A stretch of 64,000 nt of DNA from assembly GCA_013265495.1 (NCBI GenBank), contig MU058781.1, positions 1,530,963 to 1,594,962 on the forward strand. Direction: 5' to 3'. The position numbers were made by a program, and so were the translations under genes. This DNA is from Vicugna vicugna (Eukaryota). This document shows positions 12,727-25,867 of this stretch, piece after piece. Below the pieces are notes generated by a model. The model saw only the letters and a program-made list of their open reading frames with translations. It was not told the DNA's origin and did not search any database. The number at the start of each line of letters is the position of its first letter. Position 1 is the first letter of the stretch.

Positions 12727-15642
12727 TCTTAGTAATATTATTCATTTGGGGTAATAAACTAGAAGTAAACACAGCATGTAGTTATATCATTCTTAGGTTT
12801 GAATTTGAGATGCTTCTGTTGTCTTTGATTTCACAGTATGTGTGATTCAGAATAAACAGTAGGAACATCATGACCTTCATTAGAAGAGTAGGAATAACCA
12901 AATCCATATTCCACTTTTGTTCCAGAAACACATGTGACAGACCCACAAAGCTCCCCATCATGCATCCTTTCAGTCAATCAGGTCACATGAGAAGACTGTA
13001 ATCAGATTTAAAAATATCCCGATATCATCTCTATCAGAACTCGTACGGAAGAGCGTCTGCCTAGATCTGTCAATGGCTCTAGTGTTTCTCTTTTCCTGTA
13101 AATTGCACTAGTCACTGGTCTTGATCTAAAGATGTTCCTAATTCAGAGTTCCTAAAATACTGAAACGACTGTGGCACAAATGGAAACCCCAGTATTCAAA
13201 AGCTTAAAAGTAAAGCTCTCAAAACCAGAAAACTGAATCCTCAAAACCGGCACTTCAATCCCTAAAATGACCGTGGGCAGAGGACAAGGGTTCAAGGGCA
13301 AGAAACTAGAGGGGCCAACATTTTTCCGAAGTCTCATGTTTTGTTTCACGAATTTATGTAAATAGCATTCCCACCTACTCCTAAATTTCTTAAACTTTTG
13401 GTTGAAATATCATATACATACAGAAAGCTGCACAGATCAGAATTGAAATCACTGAATTTTCAAGCTGATCCGCACCTGAGGGACCAGCACAAGAACCCAC
13501 GTTACTGCTGGCACTCCCAGAGTCCCCTGTGCTCCGTGCCAAGAGTGACAATCATCCTGACCCCCGTAAATTAGTTTTGCTGTTTTTGCGTCATTGTATA
13601 ACTTCTAATTGCAGCCCAGTGCTTTTCATCCAAATGTTCAGGTTAAACAGATGTTTCATGAAGAAGTGCTGGGGCTACCCTGTGGCTTCCTGTGTTTCTA
13701 AAAACAGCTGCACATTCAGTGGGGTTGAGAGTGGCGGGGGTGTGGGGGAGCTGGGATACCCACAGAGGCCAGGCCCATCCTAGGACTCTCTCTCCTACGT
13801 TTCTTCTCTTTTTAAAGTTTATTTAGATGTTTCTCATATTTGCAGAGGAGTATAAACAGAAGTGCTTCTGCTGTTCTGTATGAAAGGTTAGGCTTCTTAT
13901 AGGCAGGCACTTAGCTCCCAGAATTAGCAACCTATGTATGCCCCAGTACCTGCAGCGACAGGTGGAATTTACCACTGACCTTCAGCTCCGTTGGACCCGC
14001 CTTGGGTTGTAAATGGGGGTTAAAATTAAACAAGGGTCCTAAGCAGGTGTGGTGTCTTACTTGGTTGCTTTTACACAGATTTGGAGGGAATGTTTACCAA
14101 CTTATAAATGAATTCTTGATTTACATCCAGCTGGGTGTGACCTGGTGCCTTGGAGAAGGCAGTGTGTGCAGGGCAAGAAGAAATCTGTCTAATGGAGTTA
14201 CTAAGCACCTTTCCCCAGGTGAGAAACAAAGCAGTCCCGGGCATACCGTGTTCCGTCGATTCCAGTAAGGAACCACCTGGCCATGAAATTGCTTTCTGTG
14301 TAAGGGAATGAGAAGGGCGGTCAACACTGTAAATACTTTTATTTGAAATAGTCACATAAAATCTAGGAAATGCACTTGAAATGCAAACACCTAATTCAAG
14401 CTGTGAACAAACACACCTAAAGAAATAAATCAAAGGAAAACCTACTACCTGGTGTTCACATGCTGCAAATAACAAAGCGCAGGTCCCAAGGAAATGGTTT
14501 TTTGGAGTGATAAACCTGTAAAAGTGATAAATGTGTAACTCATGTAAAGGAAAGCCAACCCATATGTCTCGATGGTAAAGGCCACTTGTGAAAGGTGATT
14601 TGCAGTCCATACTTGATATATGTCAGTCAACTAGTTCGTAGCTGTCTCTTAGTCTCAAGGTGACATGGATTTACGCGTACAAAAAGATGCTTTATGAAAT
14701 GATGTTTTCTTGTTACTTACAGACATAAGCTTTTGTGGTGGTTGGGGACAGTTAGCTTTCATTTTTGTTCATGGTACTTTTTTGAGTTGTGAGGATCCAT
14801 GAAACAGGATTCAATTTTTCACAAATTACAGAATAATATTTTTAAGAGAAAAAAAGTAAGGATTCACAGGTAAATGTACCAGGATGCTTCATATGAGCTA
14901 ACTTGGAGGAGTTGGAAAATAAATAATTGGTCTCTTCTTTGAACTTTTCCATACTTTTTAAGTCTCCAAAACTTCAAAATAAAGTTGCTTTGGTGAAAAG
15001 TAAAATCTTTCCTTTCTGAGATACAGTATTTGGTGTTTTAGCAGCTGAAGCATATTATCCCTATAAAGGGATGTTCCATTAAACAGTTTATGAAAAACCG
15101 GTGTTCTCAGCCCTGACTACACATTACTGTAATGGAGAGCATTTTTAAAAAATACCAGCATCTAGGCCTCACCCCTCACCAACAATTCAGAACACCCAGG
15201 AGATGTCTCTCCTCGTTCACCAGTGTGTCACAGCCCTTCCATGGCATGAAGAATTCTCCATCACAATTTGTAATACCTCTGGAGCGTGCTATCATTTGAA
15301 CACTCTATCATTCACTCAGCAAAGCCTCAAATTACGGGCATTTAGGAGGTCTTATCGGTAATAATAGTTCATTGTTTTATTAACAAAATTAGTAATTAAT
15401 GATGACGGATAAGCACTTTTTTTCTGCACTTACTACGTACCAAGCTCTACTCAGAGCGCGTTAAGTGTATTACACACTTCACAACAGGTCCCCGAGGTGC
15501 AGGGATGGTTTTGGCCCTCGTTTACGGGTCGGGATACTGAGGACAGCAAGGCCAGATACTCTGATGGTGGTCTCACAGAGACAGGCTGGGCGGGCACCTG
15601 GAATCAGGCCGTTTCGTCTCTGAGTCTGTCCTTTTAACTGCC

Positions 15643-15645
<3 letters not shown>

Positions 15646-15684
<39 letters not shown>
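15646..15684. repeat. (TTA)n microsatellite
   Basis: Direct observation, about 13 units. Confidence 0.9.
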
Positions 15685-15686
<2 letters not shown>

Positions 15687-16114
15687 ATTGCCTCTCAGAT
15701 AATAATTTACAAGGGATTCAAACCCCAATACACTGAACTGCTGAGTCATGGGGTATGCATAGTTTTTAAGAATTTTGGTGCAAAGTGTCATGTGGCTTTT
15801 CTAAAAGTTGGACCAGTGTGTGCTCCCACTGGCAGGTCTGAAACCCTCAGAATCCTGACACCCTCTCGACCACTGGGTATTATCATTTTCTGAATCTTTG
15901 CCAGTTTGATAGGGACGAAATGAGGACGGGGGCTGGGAGTATAAGGGAAATCTCTATACCTTCCACTCCGTTTTGCTGTGAGCCTAAAACTTCTCTAAAA
16001 AAAACAAACAAACCACAAAGTCTATTAAAACTTATTTTTTTTAAGAGGAGAGGCTATCTTAGGATTTAAACTCTACTAATTTTAGTTCCTAACCGGTATG
16101 CGCTTATTTTCTAT

Positions 16115-16379
16115 TTTTCCAATGAGACATAATTGACATGGAACGTTATTTTAATTTCAGTTTAGTTTTTGTTTCATTATACAACCTAATGATTCGATAT
16201 TTGTACATACTGCAAAATGATCGCCACAGTAAGTCTAGTTCGCATCTGTTACCACCACCACAGTTACACGTTGTTTTTCCTTGTGATGAGGACTTCTAAG
16301 ACTTACTCGACTAGCAACTTCTAAATATGCAATACAGTATTAATAATTACAGTCACCGTGCTGGGCATGACATCCCCAT
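16115..16379 (-). mobile_element. L1MA-type 3' fragment interrupted by an LTR
   Basis: gcaaaatgatcgccacagtaagtctagt...aatatgcaatacagtattaataattacagtcacc; resumes as cccataacttattt after 16982. Confidence 0.65.
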
Positions 16380-16982
16380 TTTTGAGGGAACACATGGAGG
16401 CGGGCTAGTGATGCTGGTTGGTAAAAGAATTTACCAAAGGCAAGGAAAAGTTTAAGAACAAAGGAAAGTTTAGTAGGTTCACCGCTACAGGCAACAGCGG
16501 GCCACGCGGACAAGAGGTGCCTGTGTGTCCCCCAGCGCCAAGAACAAAGGAAAACTTTAACAGCTACCCTGCTGGAGGCACCAGTGGGCCATCCAGGCAA
16601 GAGGAGCCCACGTGTCCACCGAGCGTGAATGTGCAGGGTCTTTTATTGATGAAGGGGCTGCAAACACAAAGGGACAGGGGAACGGATTTCTGATTGGCTC
16701 TAAGTGAGGTAAGGGGCTTTGGTATTTGGGAGGAGAGTGGATTTACGGCTCCAGGGAGATGGAGACCTGGTCTGACACTAGCTAGGTAGTGGGATTTCTG
16801 ACTGATGAGGAGGAGACATGAGCTACGGTGAGGCTAGCCGTCTCCCAGGGCTGTTAGTTCTGCTAAAGCAAACACGTTAGGAAAGGGTGGACCTTTTTTT
16901 ATTTTTGAGGGCTTGCAGGCAGACATCTGAGAGCCCAGGAATGGGGGTCGCAGGGCTTCAGCAGGCACCATTTGGCACCACA
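16380..16982 (-). mobile_element. Solo ERV LTR with internal 86-bp tandem repeat
   Basis: TSD cccat at 16375-16379 and 16983-16987; right terminus ..CA; repeat units start at 16454 and 16540 (aagaacaaaggaaa). Confidence 0.75.
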
Positions 16983-17469
16983 CCCATAACTTATTTTGAG
17001 CTTGTTTTTATATATTAGACATTTGCGTAAGCCAAGATTCAGGGAACCATGTGAAAATAGAAGACCGATTTAGGAATTCCCAAAGGGATGGCAGGACAGC
17101 TGGGCGTGTGTGGACAGTGATGAAAGATGGCGTGGGCAGTGTTGAAGGTTGTGGTGTGGAAACCCAGTATTGCAAGCTACGTGTCAACAGGGCCGGGCAG
17201 ACAACAGGAGTGGATGATGTGTGGTGGGGACCAGGGCAGCAGGAGACAGCTCCTGGCTGGATAAAGCTCTAGTGAATTGTGGACAATGGGCACTGGCAGT
17301 CCAGACTTTCACAGGAAATCTATGGCTGTTTCTTTCCCCCAGCAGTCCACCCCCTCTTCTAATGGGATCAAACCAAATGGGCCTACCAATCAATCAGAGG
17401 TGGTTTCTGGGCTGCCCATCTGCTTTCTGTAGTCTGGGGACATGATTACAAAACATTCTTTTGTGCCAT

Positions 17470-18078
17470 TGATACAAGAAAATGGGGCATAAGAGGATGG
17501 CCTTGTCCCAGGTCTTGGTCAACTCTTTGGGATGTGCCCCACCATGAGGAAAGAATTCAAGAGTGAGTATATGCAGATTTATTCAAAGAGATGCACACTT
17601 CACAGACAGAGAGCTGGCCGTCTCAGAAGGCCCGAGAGGCCACAAGGCGGGGGTCAAGGAGGAGGATGTTAAAGTAAAAGTAGATACAGACTCTATACAG
17701 TCTAGGAAGGTGCAGGAGGAAGAGGCTGTGAGGCAGGTGTTGCTATTTTTATGGGCTCAGTAACTTCATATGCTAATAAGTGGGAGGATTATTCCTATCA
17801 TTTGGGGAAGGGCCTGGGATTTCCAGGAATCAGGCCACTGCTCGTTTATTGACCTTTTACGATCAGCTTCAGAGTTGTCCTCTTATCTGTGGGTGTGCCA
17901 TTCACCACACTAATATAATACAATGAGTGTGTAACGAAGCCCGAGGTCTACCAGAAATCAAATCTCCTGCCATCTTGAGTTTCAAGGTCTATTGCGAGTT
18001 GACTTATCTGCCATCTTGGTGTTAATTGCTGTGTCATTCTGTTAACGGTTGTGCTCTGACCCCTTCCCTCCTGTCTCA
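17470..18078 (-). mobile_element. MER41-like solo ERV1 LTR
   Basis: TG...CA termini, 4-bp TSD ccat; reverse complement aligns with the LTR at 50471-51182. Confidence 0.85.
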
Positions 18079-19240
18079 CCATGGTCAGCATTTTGGTGTG
18101 TTCCTGGCCAGAATGTGATCTAGAGCAGTGAACTCCTGGACCCAGCCTGGGTCACAGTTCTGGGGAGCTGGCTGGGGCAGTTGATAAGTGACCATCTAAA
18201 GCAAAAGAAAAAAAGTGCCAGTTTAGAGTCAGGCTTTTGGGGGAAGAGATCACATTAAACTGGGTCCCGAGGAGCAGAAGCAGCAGTGAAAAATGAGTGA
18301 GGTGAGGAGTCAGAATTCTAGTAAGAGGTGCAGTGGGCACCAGCAGGAGAGGTTTGGGATGAAGGCAAGTCTGAATTTGCTTTCGTTTGTTAGAGGGAGA
18401 GTGGTTGGTGGGTAGACATCGCCAAGTGGCTTGAAGAAACAGACACGGCAGACCATTCAAAGTAATCCCGAATCCCCCAGATGGGAAGGCAGCAGCAGGG
18501 TCAACACTGATTGTAGAAAAAGCCACCCGCTGCTATTACCAACAGAGTGGGCAGCCTGAAGGTGGGGAGACTGGCTTGGAGGCAATTAAAATAGTTTCTT
18601 GGGGGTTGATGTTAAACACCCGAACTAAGGCAGGGCCAGCAAAGGAAAGTGACATTATGCTAAGCCAGGTAAGGCTTGAAGAACCGCCAATAGATTGGAA
18701 ATCAGTTGGGGGCTCAACTGAAAATCAGTTCGTTGTTAACTAGACTTACCGTGGTGATCATTTGCAACACATACAAATATCACGTCATTATGCTGCACGC
18801 CTGAAACTGCTATAATGCCTACGGCAATTCTAGCTCAATTTAAGGAAAGAAAAAAGAAACTCAGAAAAAGAAAAAAGAATAGAACCCAACAAGCCTTCAT
18901 TTTAAGCACTCCAGAAAATTTTGATATATCTAAAGTTTGAAAACATTACTTCAAATTCTTTTTCTTCCTTTCTTTCTCTTCTTTTTTCTTTCCTCCTCCT
19001 TTTGCTCAACCACTTGCAGAGTGTTTGCTGGTTATTTGGCCACTTGTCTGAGGGTGGACCTCTCTCTATATCTAAGTGTTCTGATGTTTGTTTAGACTTG
19101 ATGGTATTTCTGGAACGCCTGGTAAAAGTCTGCCTTGAGAGTGCTTCCCTCCTGTTCATGCCAGAAGTCAGCCCCGCCTGGCACAGCTCCCTCAAAGGAT
19201 ATTCTGCCACTGAGTCAATGGTGTGCCAACCAACAGACGT

Positions 19241-19782
19241 TGAAACAGAGCAGGACCCCGTGGAGTCCTCCCTGGTACAAAGCCTTTCTGTGTCCCCCGT
19301 TTCTTGTTTGTCGGAAATAGGCCTCATTCAGCCTCCTGGACCTTCCCTGAGTTCCAAAGGGCAGATTCAAACAGTTACTAATCCAGGAGGGAGGCAAAAA
19401 CAAGTGCAGCCATTAAAAGTAGGATCCTGGTTCCTCCTCAAGGAATATACACAGCAATATCCTTGAGCTCTTCTTCTGGAACTAAGGCCCCCACCCAGGC
19501 GAAGGGTGGCAACTTCAGGAAGAGCACGAGATTCCTGGAACATCGCCCTATTAATTCACTCCCAGCCAAGCAGAAGGAAGTCACACGCCCAGCAGCCCTC
19601 ACCCCAAATTTTGCCTATAAAAACTTCCCCCACAAGACCATCGGAGAGTTTGGGTTTTTGAGTACAAGCCACGCATTCTCCTTGCTCGGCTCTGCAGTAA
19701 ACTTTTCTCTGCTCCAAAGTCCCACATTTCGGTTTGTTTGGCCTCACCATGCCACAGGGACACGGACTTTTGTTTGGTAGCA
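19241..19782 (+). mobile_element. Solo ERV1-type LTR
   Basis: TG...CA termini, imperfect TSD acgt/acgc, cctataaaaa TATA box; ends homologous to the LTRs at about 53198 and 61420. Confidence 0.8.
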
Positions 19783-20543
19783 ACGCTGTAAAGTGAGTTT
19801 TTTCTTCCAGATGCTTTCATTAACCTTTAAATAAAAGGTCCACACCTTTCCATGTGGTCATTCAACCTTAAACTTCCAAGGAAACGATATCATCATAATA
19901 AATTTGCTTCTTGTCTCTCACCTGGCTCACAAGACTTCACACTCTCAGGATAGCAGTCGCTTGAGGAATGTTACAAAGAGTAACCTAACTGCTCTTTGTT
20001 TCAACGTTTCTTTCTTTTCTACGTTGAGTTAGCATAATTTTGCACTAAAGACAAGCAAATCAGATGAAAGGAACCTTATTTTGCTTTGACGTATTAAAGT
20101 ACAGCACGTGCTGACACAGATCAAGCTCTTCAAAAGAAAATACAGAGAGAAGATGGTCAAAGACCAGCTATTCATCTAAGTTTATTCTCGGAGAGCCGCT
20201 GGAAGCAGTTTCTTGTGGAAGGGAAATCGTTCTGAAAGCTTGGTTTTTGTAATTCTTCTCATTTTCTATTAGCATAGTTGTGGTGCAAATTTTGGGCTGG
20301 CCTCTTACATCCTTGAGCCGTTTTTACTTCCCGACAATCGACAACCGTCGTGGGGTTAGTTCCCAGGCACCATTTTTAGTTAATCACATTTTATTCATCA
20401 TTCAAGATCCACCCCAAAGTCTACCCAGGTGGGTTTTCTAAAGCCTTATTAAAATAAAGGTCTTGGAATAAAGTCTGCTGGGTCCTATCGCCAGAGTTTC
20501 TGATTCAGTCTGGAAGGGGGCGCAAGAATTGGGGTTTCTTTGA

Positions 20544-20610
20544 GGGGAGGTGGTAACAGCTCAGTGGGTTCAACCCCCAGTACCTCCATTAAAAATAATA
20601 ATAAATAAAT
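20544..20610 (+). mobile_element. Internally deleted tRNA-Ala-derived SINE
   Basis: gctcagtgg joined directly to gttcaacccccagtacctcca; TSD-like aattgg..tttct on both sides. Confidence 0.75.
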
Positions 20611-23600
20611 AATTGGATTTCTGTGCTTCATTATAGATTTAAAATTTTTTTAAAAGATTCCTTTTAATAGATATATAAAATTTTTTTACTGAAAAAAAAT
20701 TTTTTTTAAAGCCAGATAATGCTTGAAGAACCGCCGGTTGATTAGAAATCAGCTCTGGGCTGCTGTACTGCACAAAATTTCAACAGTCCTAGCTGGAAGG
20801 GATTAATCGGTGGATTGAGGTTAATTGTGAAGGTGAAAGATGTTGAAGACGGTCTTGGTTTAGTCAGGGGAAGAAGGGGAAGCTGTTTGGAAGTAGGGAA
20901 CGGGAGGCCTTCACTGCTGCAGAAAAGTTTGCCATCATTAAAGAGCTGTTTGACAAGAGCAAAAGATGATAAGCAGGCAGAAATGTAAGCAGAGGGTCAG
21001 TGGACCAAGGTCAGCCTTTAGATCCGGACCGGACTGAAATCTGCCCTGCTCTGCGGTTGCCGGGAATGCCCGCGTCACTGAATGCTGCTCGGACCTTTCC
21101 GCTTCTTCACTGGAAGGCTGTCCAGGAAGGACCCTTGAGTAGAGGCGTCCAGGCTGCTAATAAAAGTATCAATACATAGAAACCCTTCTGGATACTCTGG
21201 GCCAAAAACTCTTAAGAATATCTCATTTGTGGCTTTACCTCCAGCAACTTCTCTAGAACTCAGGAGGCCTGGAGGAAAACCATTTGAATGAGTGAGAGAG
21301 GAAATTATCTTGAAACAAAATCAACAAGTTATTTAGTATGTCCACAGTCTTGGGCAATTCACTTAAATGTTCACAGGTTGGCCATGAAGGGGAATGTATT
21401 AAAAATCTTAAAACATATGAAAATGTCTGAAATCCCTTCCAGTCTAAAATTCTTGGTTTTTCTTCCTTTCCTTATTTCATCTTTTCTTCTTACAACCAAA
21501 GAAGAGTTAACGTGTTGGCAGTTACCAGAGATGGAAAGTGGAAAGATTGTCTTAAGGATGCTATCTATGCCTTTATCTCAGGGACTGCAGAACTCTTAAA
21601 AGACGTCCACGTGAAATGACTCTCACTAAGCTTCATGGGTTAAAAATCTTGAGTGATTAATGAACACTTGGTAGGCAAAAACAAATGTACCTTTTTATTT
21701 CTAAAAATAATCACCGTTAACAATGAGAAAAAAATCTCCAAGCTACTTAACGTACATTTCACAACTATTCGGTAGTTCTCCACTTTTTATTGTCGAGGCT
21801 AATCAGCCGTGAACATTGTGTAATTTTTGTTGTTAGTGAATTATTCTTAGACTGTTCCCGAGCACAATCACTAAATCAGCGAAGCAAATCAGACTCAAAT
21901 GTATGTGAATAAACTTTAAATATAAAAGCAATATGACATTAAAGGAGGTTTTGTAAACAACAATTTACTAATTTCATGTGTAACTTTTGTACGCATATTT
22001 GTACAAAATATTGATTTTAATACAACAGTTACGCTTTTTACCATTTATTTAACACTAACAAGATCCTGTGAAGTTTTGAAGATTAGTAGATGATGTCTTA
22101 AAGAGATTACGTAACTGTTCAAGTTCACAGAGCCAGTAATAGCAGAGGCTGGGATTTGTTGAGTGTTTGTAAGTCTTGTTGAGTGTTTTATCTCCTCCAT
22201 AGCTGTACCAGGCAGGACAGATGTGGGTAATAGATGACTGTTGGCTACCCATGCGGTTGCTGCAGGGCAAACTGAAAAGAGTTGGCCCTTGCTAAGAGGG
22301 TAGAAGAAATACTTCTCCCTCTGTGTCAGTTATCTGACTTCAAAGCCTGTGCAGTCAGACATCAGGTATAATGTCGTGACGAACATCTTCATAGGCAGAT
22401 TTTCCCATTTGAAAAATGATTTCCTTAGCTTATTTTGAAACTGTTTAAAAGGACAAAGGGAACTGGCGTAGGCTCTCCCAGTGTTTCCAAATTGATTTTC
22501 CAGATTTGTGCCAGTTGATAGCACTGCCATGAAATTGTGAGAAAACCTCTTTCAATACACCGACACCGGCATTCACTTTTGACATTTAAAACCAAAATTC
22601 TTGCTTATTTAAGAAGCTAAAAATATATATCTGAGCTTAAATAATAAGCAGTTGTTGGAATGTGTTACCACATATAGGTCTTCCCAAAAGAACATGATGT
22701 TAGGACAATAAAAAGAAAATCAAGTCAATATAAGTGAAGCTTGTGAAGAATCACATTTGTTTATGCAACAAATGCAGTTATTTGTCCATCGAGGGCTAAG
22801 CCCCAAGAAAAACATTCCTGCTTACTCTGTAAACTTTCTCTCAAATCTTTTGTTTAAGTATTAGCCCGTGAAGAACAAATGGGAGAATTGGATTTTATAG
22901 TTTAAGATGTTTTCTCTGATAACATTAGTGTCTTTTTTGCCCCACCCTAGAAATAATGCAAAATGGTTCCTTCCTAGGATACTTGTTAATTCAGGATAGA
23001 CTTATACCCATACACCCCGCGACTACCCACCTGACAAACAATAAGCCTAGTCGGCGTTGTAACAGCAATGATAATAGCACAAGCATCTTGCCCAGTGTTT
23101 TTCAAAGAGTAGAATATCCCATTAGTGCATCCAGAAATCACCTTGGTGGGTTTCGACCAAACTAGAAACGAACACGAACAACGGCATCGCGTGTAATAAT
23201 CCTAGTGTTCTGTGAATTGTGTTATGTAGGTCTGTGTGTATGTGACAGTGTGATTGAAGACCAGTGATCTGATCTACCTACTTAAGTGAGTCTAGAAGAC
23301 ATTAAATGATGCCCAAGGATACACAGCTCGCTCGTGACAAAGTGGGAGTGAGAATAAAGTTCTCCAGTCCCCAGGCCAGTGTCTCTTCCACCGGGGAGTT
23401 CGCCCGTGGTCAGTCTCTGGGGGAAAAACAGGAAAGAGTTAGATGAGGTGGATGCTTTTAAGGGAGTAAAAGGAGCAGCTGGACTTTGGCACAAGTAATG
23501 GAATCAGTGGCTTTGGGGTCTCCGAAGCCGAACAAATGACTTACTGAATAGTGGACCCACTGTACATTTAGGCTATTCAATCTTTTGCTTGCCATTATCT

Positions 23601-24092
23601 CCTCAAAATAATACCCAGGGGATGCCTACAAAGCATCTGGACTGAGCTGTAACCAGAAGCCTGGTTGAGTGTGTTATGTCCTCCCTGCGCTAGTGGTACG
23701 AGGCCGCACGGATGTGGAGGACAGATGATGGGTGGCCACCAAGGCAGTTGCTGTAGGGCAAACTGACATCTACAAAGGGAGAAGAAATGCTTTTCAATGC
23801 TGAGAAGTAGAATGTTATTATACCTTATTATTAAATTCGGAGGCCTATTAGGAAGCAAAGTAGAGACCAGACCTGTCTGATCCACACACGAGCTAGAGAC
23901 CAAGGCGATGGTGCATCCCTGGCACCTACATCCATTCTTTCATGACATTCAGGCCATGAGTGTCTCCCGTGGGCCACACGCTGTGGAGTCAAAGGCACCC
24001 TGACGCCTGGCCCTCCGCTCAAGACCACTCTTCCCGGCAACAGGAGGGCTGATTGTCTTCAAGGAGGTGATTGAGGGGTTCAAATACATATG

Positions 24093-24301
24093 CAGTTGAT
24101 CCTTGAACAGCACGGGGTTAGCAAATTGAAGTATAACTTACAGTTGGCCCTGTGAATCCAGGGATCCTCTGTATTTGAGGTTCCATCTCCATGAATTCAA
24201 CCAACCTCCTTCTATAGTAGTAGTGTACTGTTTACGATTTTTAAATATCTGCATGTGAATGAACCCTTGCAGTTCAAACCCGTGTTGTTCAAGGTCACCT
24301 G
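24093..24301. mobile_element. Tigger-family MITE (MER8-like)
   Basis: Terminal inverted repeats cagttgatccttgaacagcacggg / cccgtgttgttcaaggtcacctg. Confidence 0.75.
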
Positions 24302-24479
24302 TTTTTCCAGCAAAGGGGACAAGGATGTAAGGTACATAGTACCAGATTCCTTCGTGGGAGCAGAATTCGGGTGAGAATAGGAGAGTGAGAAGCTGCCTGG
24401 AAACTTGATGAAGGCTGAGGGGAGGACTTCAAGGACAAGAGAGAAAGCAACTGAGTCTTCTTGGCAATATTGATGATAG

Positions 24480-24645
24480 CCCAGAGCTTCTGAGGCTTGA
24501 CTGTCCTCGGGAATCCTCTAGGGACCTTGTGAAGCTGCCAATTCTGGTGCAGGAGGTCTGGGTGGGGCCCGAGAGTCTTCATTTCTCACATACTCCCAGG
24601 CGATGTCAAGGCTGTTCGTCCAAGAACAACACTTAAAAAGCAAGG
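24480..24645. mobile_element. MER5A-like hAT relic
   Basis: ggtctgggtggggcccgagagtcttcatttctcacatactcccaggcgatg is a typical MER5A segment. Confidence 0.65.
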
Positions 24646-24649
24646 GGCA

Positions 24650-24787
24650 GGGGGAAGGTATAGCTCAGTGGCAGAGTACATGCTTAGGACGCATGAGGTC
24701 CTGGGTTCTATCCCGGTACCTCCATTAAAAAAATTAATAAAATAAAAGTAAATAAACCCAATTAACTTCACCCCCCAAAAATAAAAA
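24650..24787 (+). mobile_element. tRNA-Ala-derived SINE
   Basis: ggtatagctcagtggcagagtacatgcttaggacgcatgaggtcctgggttc...acctcca plus A-rich tail. Confidence 0.85.
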
Positions 24788-25867
24788 ATTTTTAAGATAT
24801 TTCAGCTATTTCTCTGTCTCACAGATTCTTTGCAGAAACAAACCAAAATAAACCAAAAAATAGAATTCAATATTATTTGTATGTACTTCTCCCTACTTCT
24901 GCTTTTAAAAGTGTACTTTTAAAGCACAAATATGAACAGTATTTAAACAAAGATGTTTGAGATTTGTCATCAAACAAAGTATAGAAGTTGAGGTTTGTAA
25001 TTTCATTAGCAGAAGATTCATAGGTGTTGTGTTTATTTCAAAGGCAACAGTCATTCGTTATTAATGTCCTGGTCTTATCTCTAGAATAATGGAATGTGTT
25101 TCTGAGTAAGGGTCAGTTTGTGATGATCGATGTTAATGAGAATGGAAGAGGAAGAAAAATATCGTGCCCTTTTAAAAATGCAGTCCTTTAAAGAAGAGTA
25201 GGGGACTTTTCGTTTTGGCAATATTTTATTTACTTGATCAAAATAGACTCACAACAATCACATGTGTGTCAGCTAATCTTGCTGACATTAAGTAAAAATA
25301 CATTATCTCTTTGCTTTCCAGACTGCCTTCTCCCAATGCCCCAACTTCACCCAGGCGAGTTTTCTTGTAAATTCTTTTAAAATGCATGCTAAGAACAAAA
25401 TCGAGAAGCTTCTTTTTGGAGAGGCAAGCACTCAAGAGATTGTTAAAGTATTAAATGCAAACTAAAGCAATAGGAAAAAATACTGTTTCATAAATAGTAT
25501 TTTTCTTGACTACTCAACGTTTATAAACAAAGTTTTCAAGTTTGGCAGCAAGAAGAGAAGAATCGTTCCTGAAGGCCCTTAGGGGTACAGACTCATGCTT
25601 TTTACAGAAAGGGCTGTGCAAAATTTAATTTTAGCTGGGAGACCCTACAGTTCTTGATTTAGATCATCATACAGTCACATAAATTATTATGTGACATCAG
25701 GGCAAAAGAACAGCACATTTTCCTTCTGAAAATGCACATGTTTTTATTAATATTTTTAAAGAGGAAAAAATTTTGTGTGACTAATCCAATTAAACTTCTT
25801 TAAAAGTATTGGCCTTGTCTGTTTTTTTTTAATTAAAAATATTCATCATCTTGGGTAGTTTTTTTCT

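Noticed and set aside
18902..19783. Several 60-180 aa ORFs
   Set aside because: They overlap a solo LTR and a pyrimidine-rich tract; no gag, pol or env motifs.
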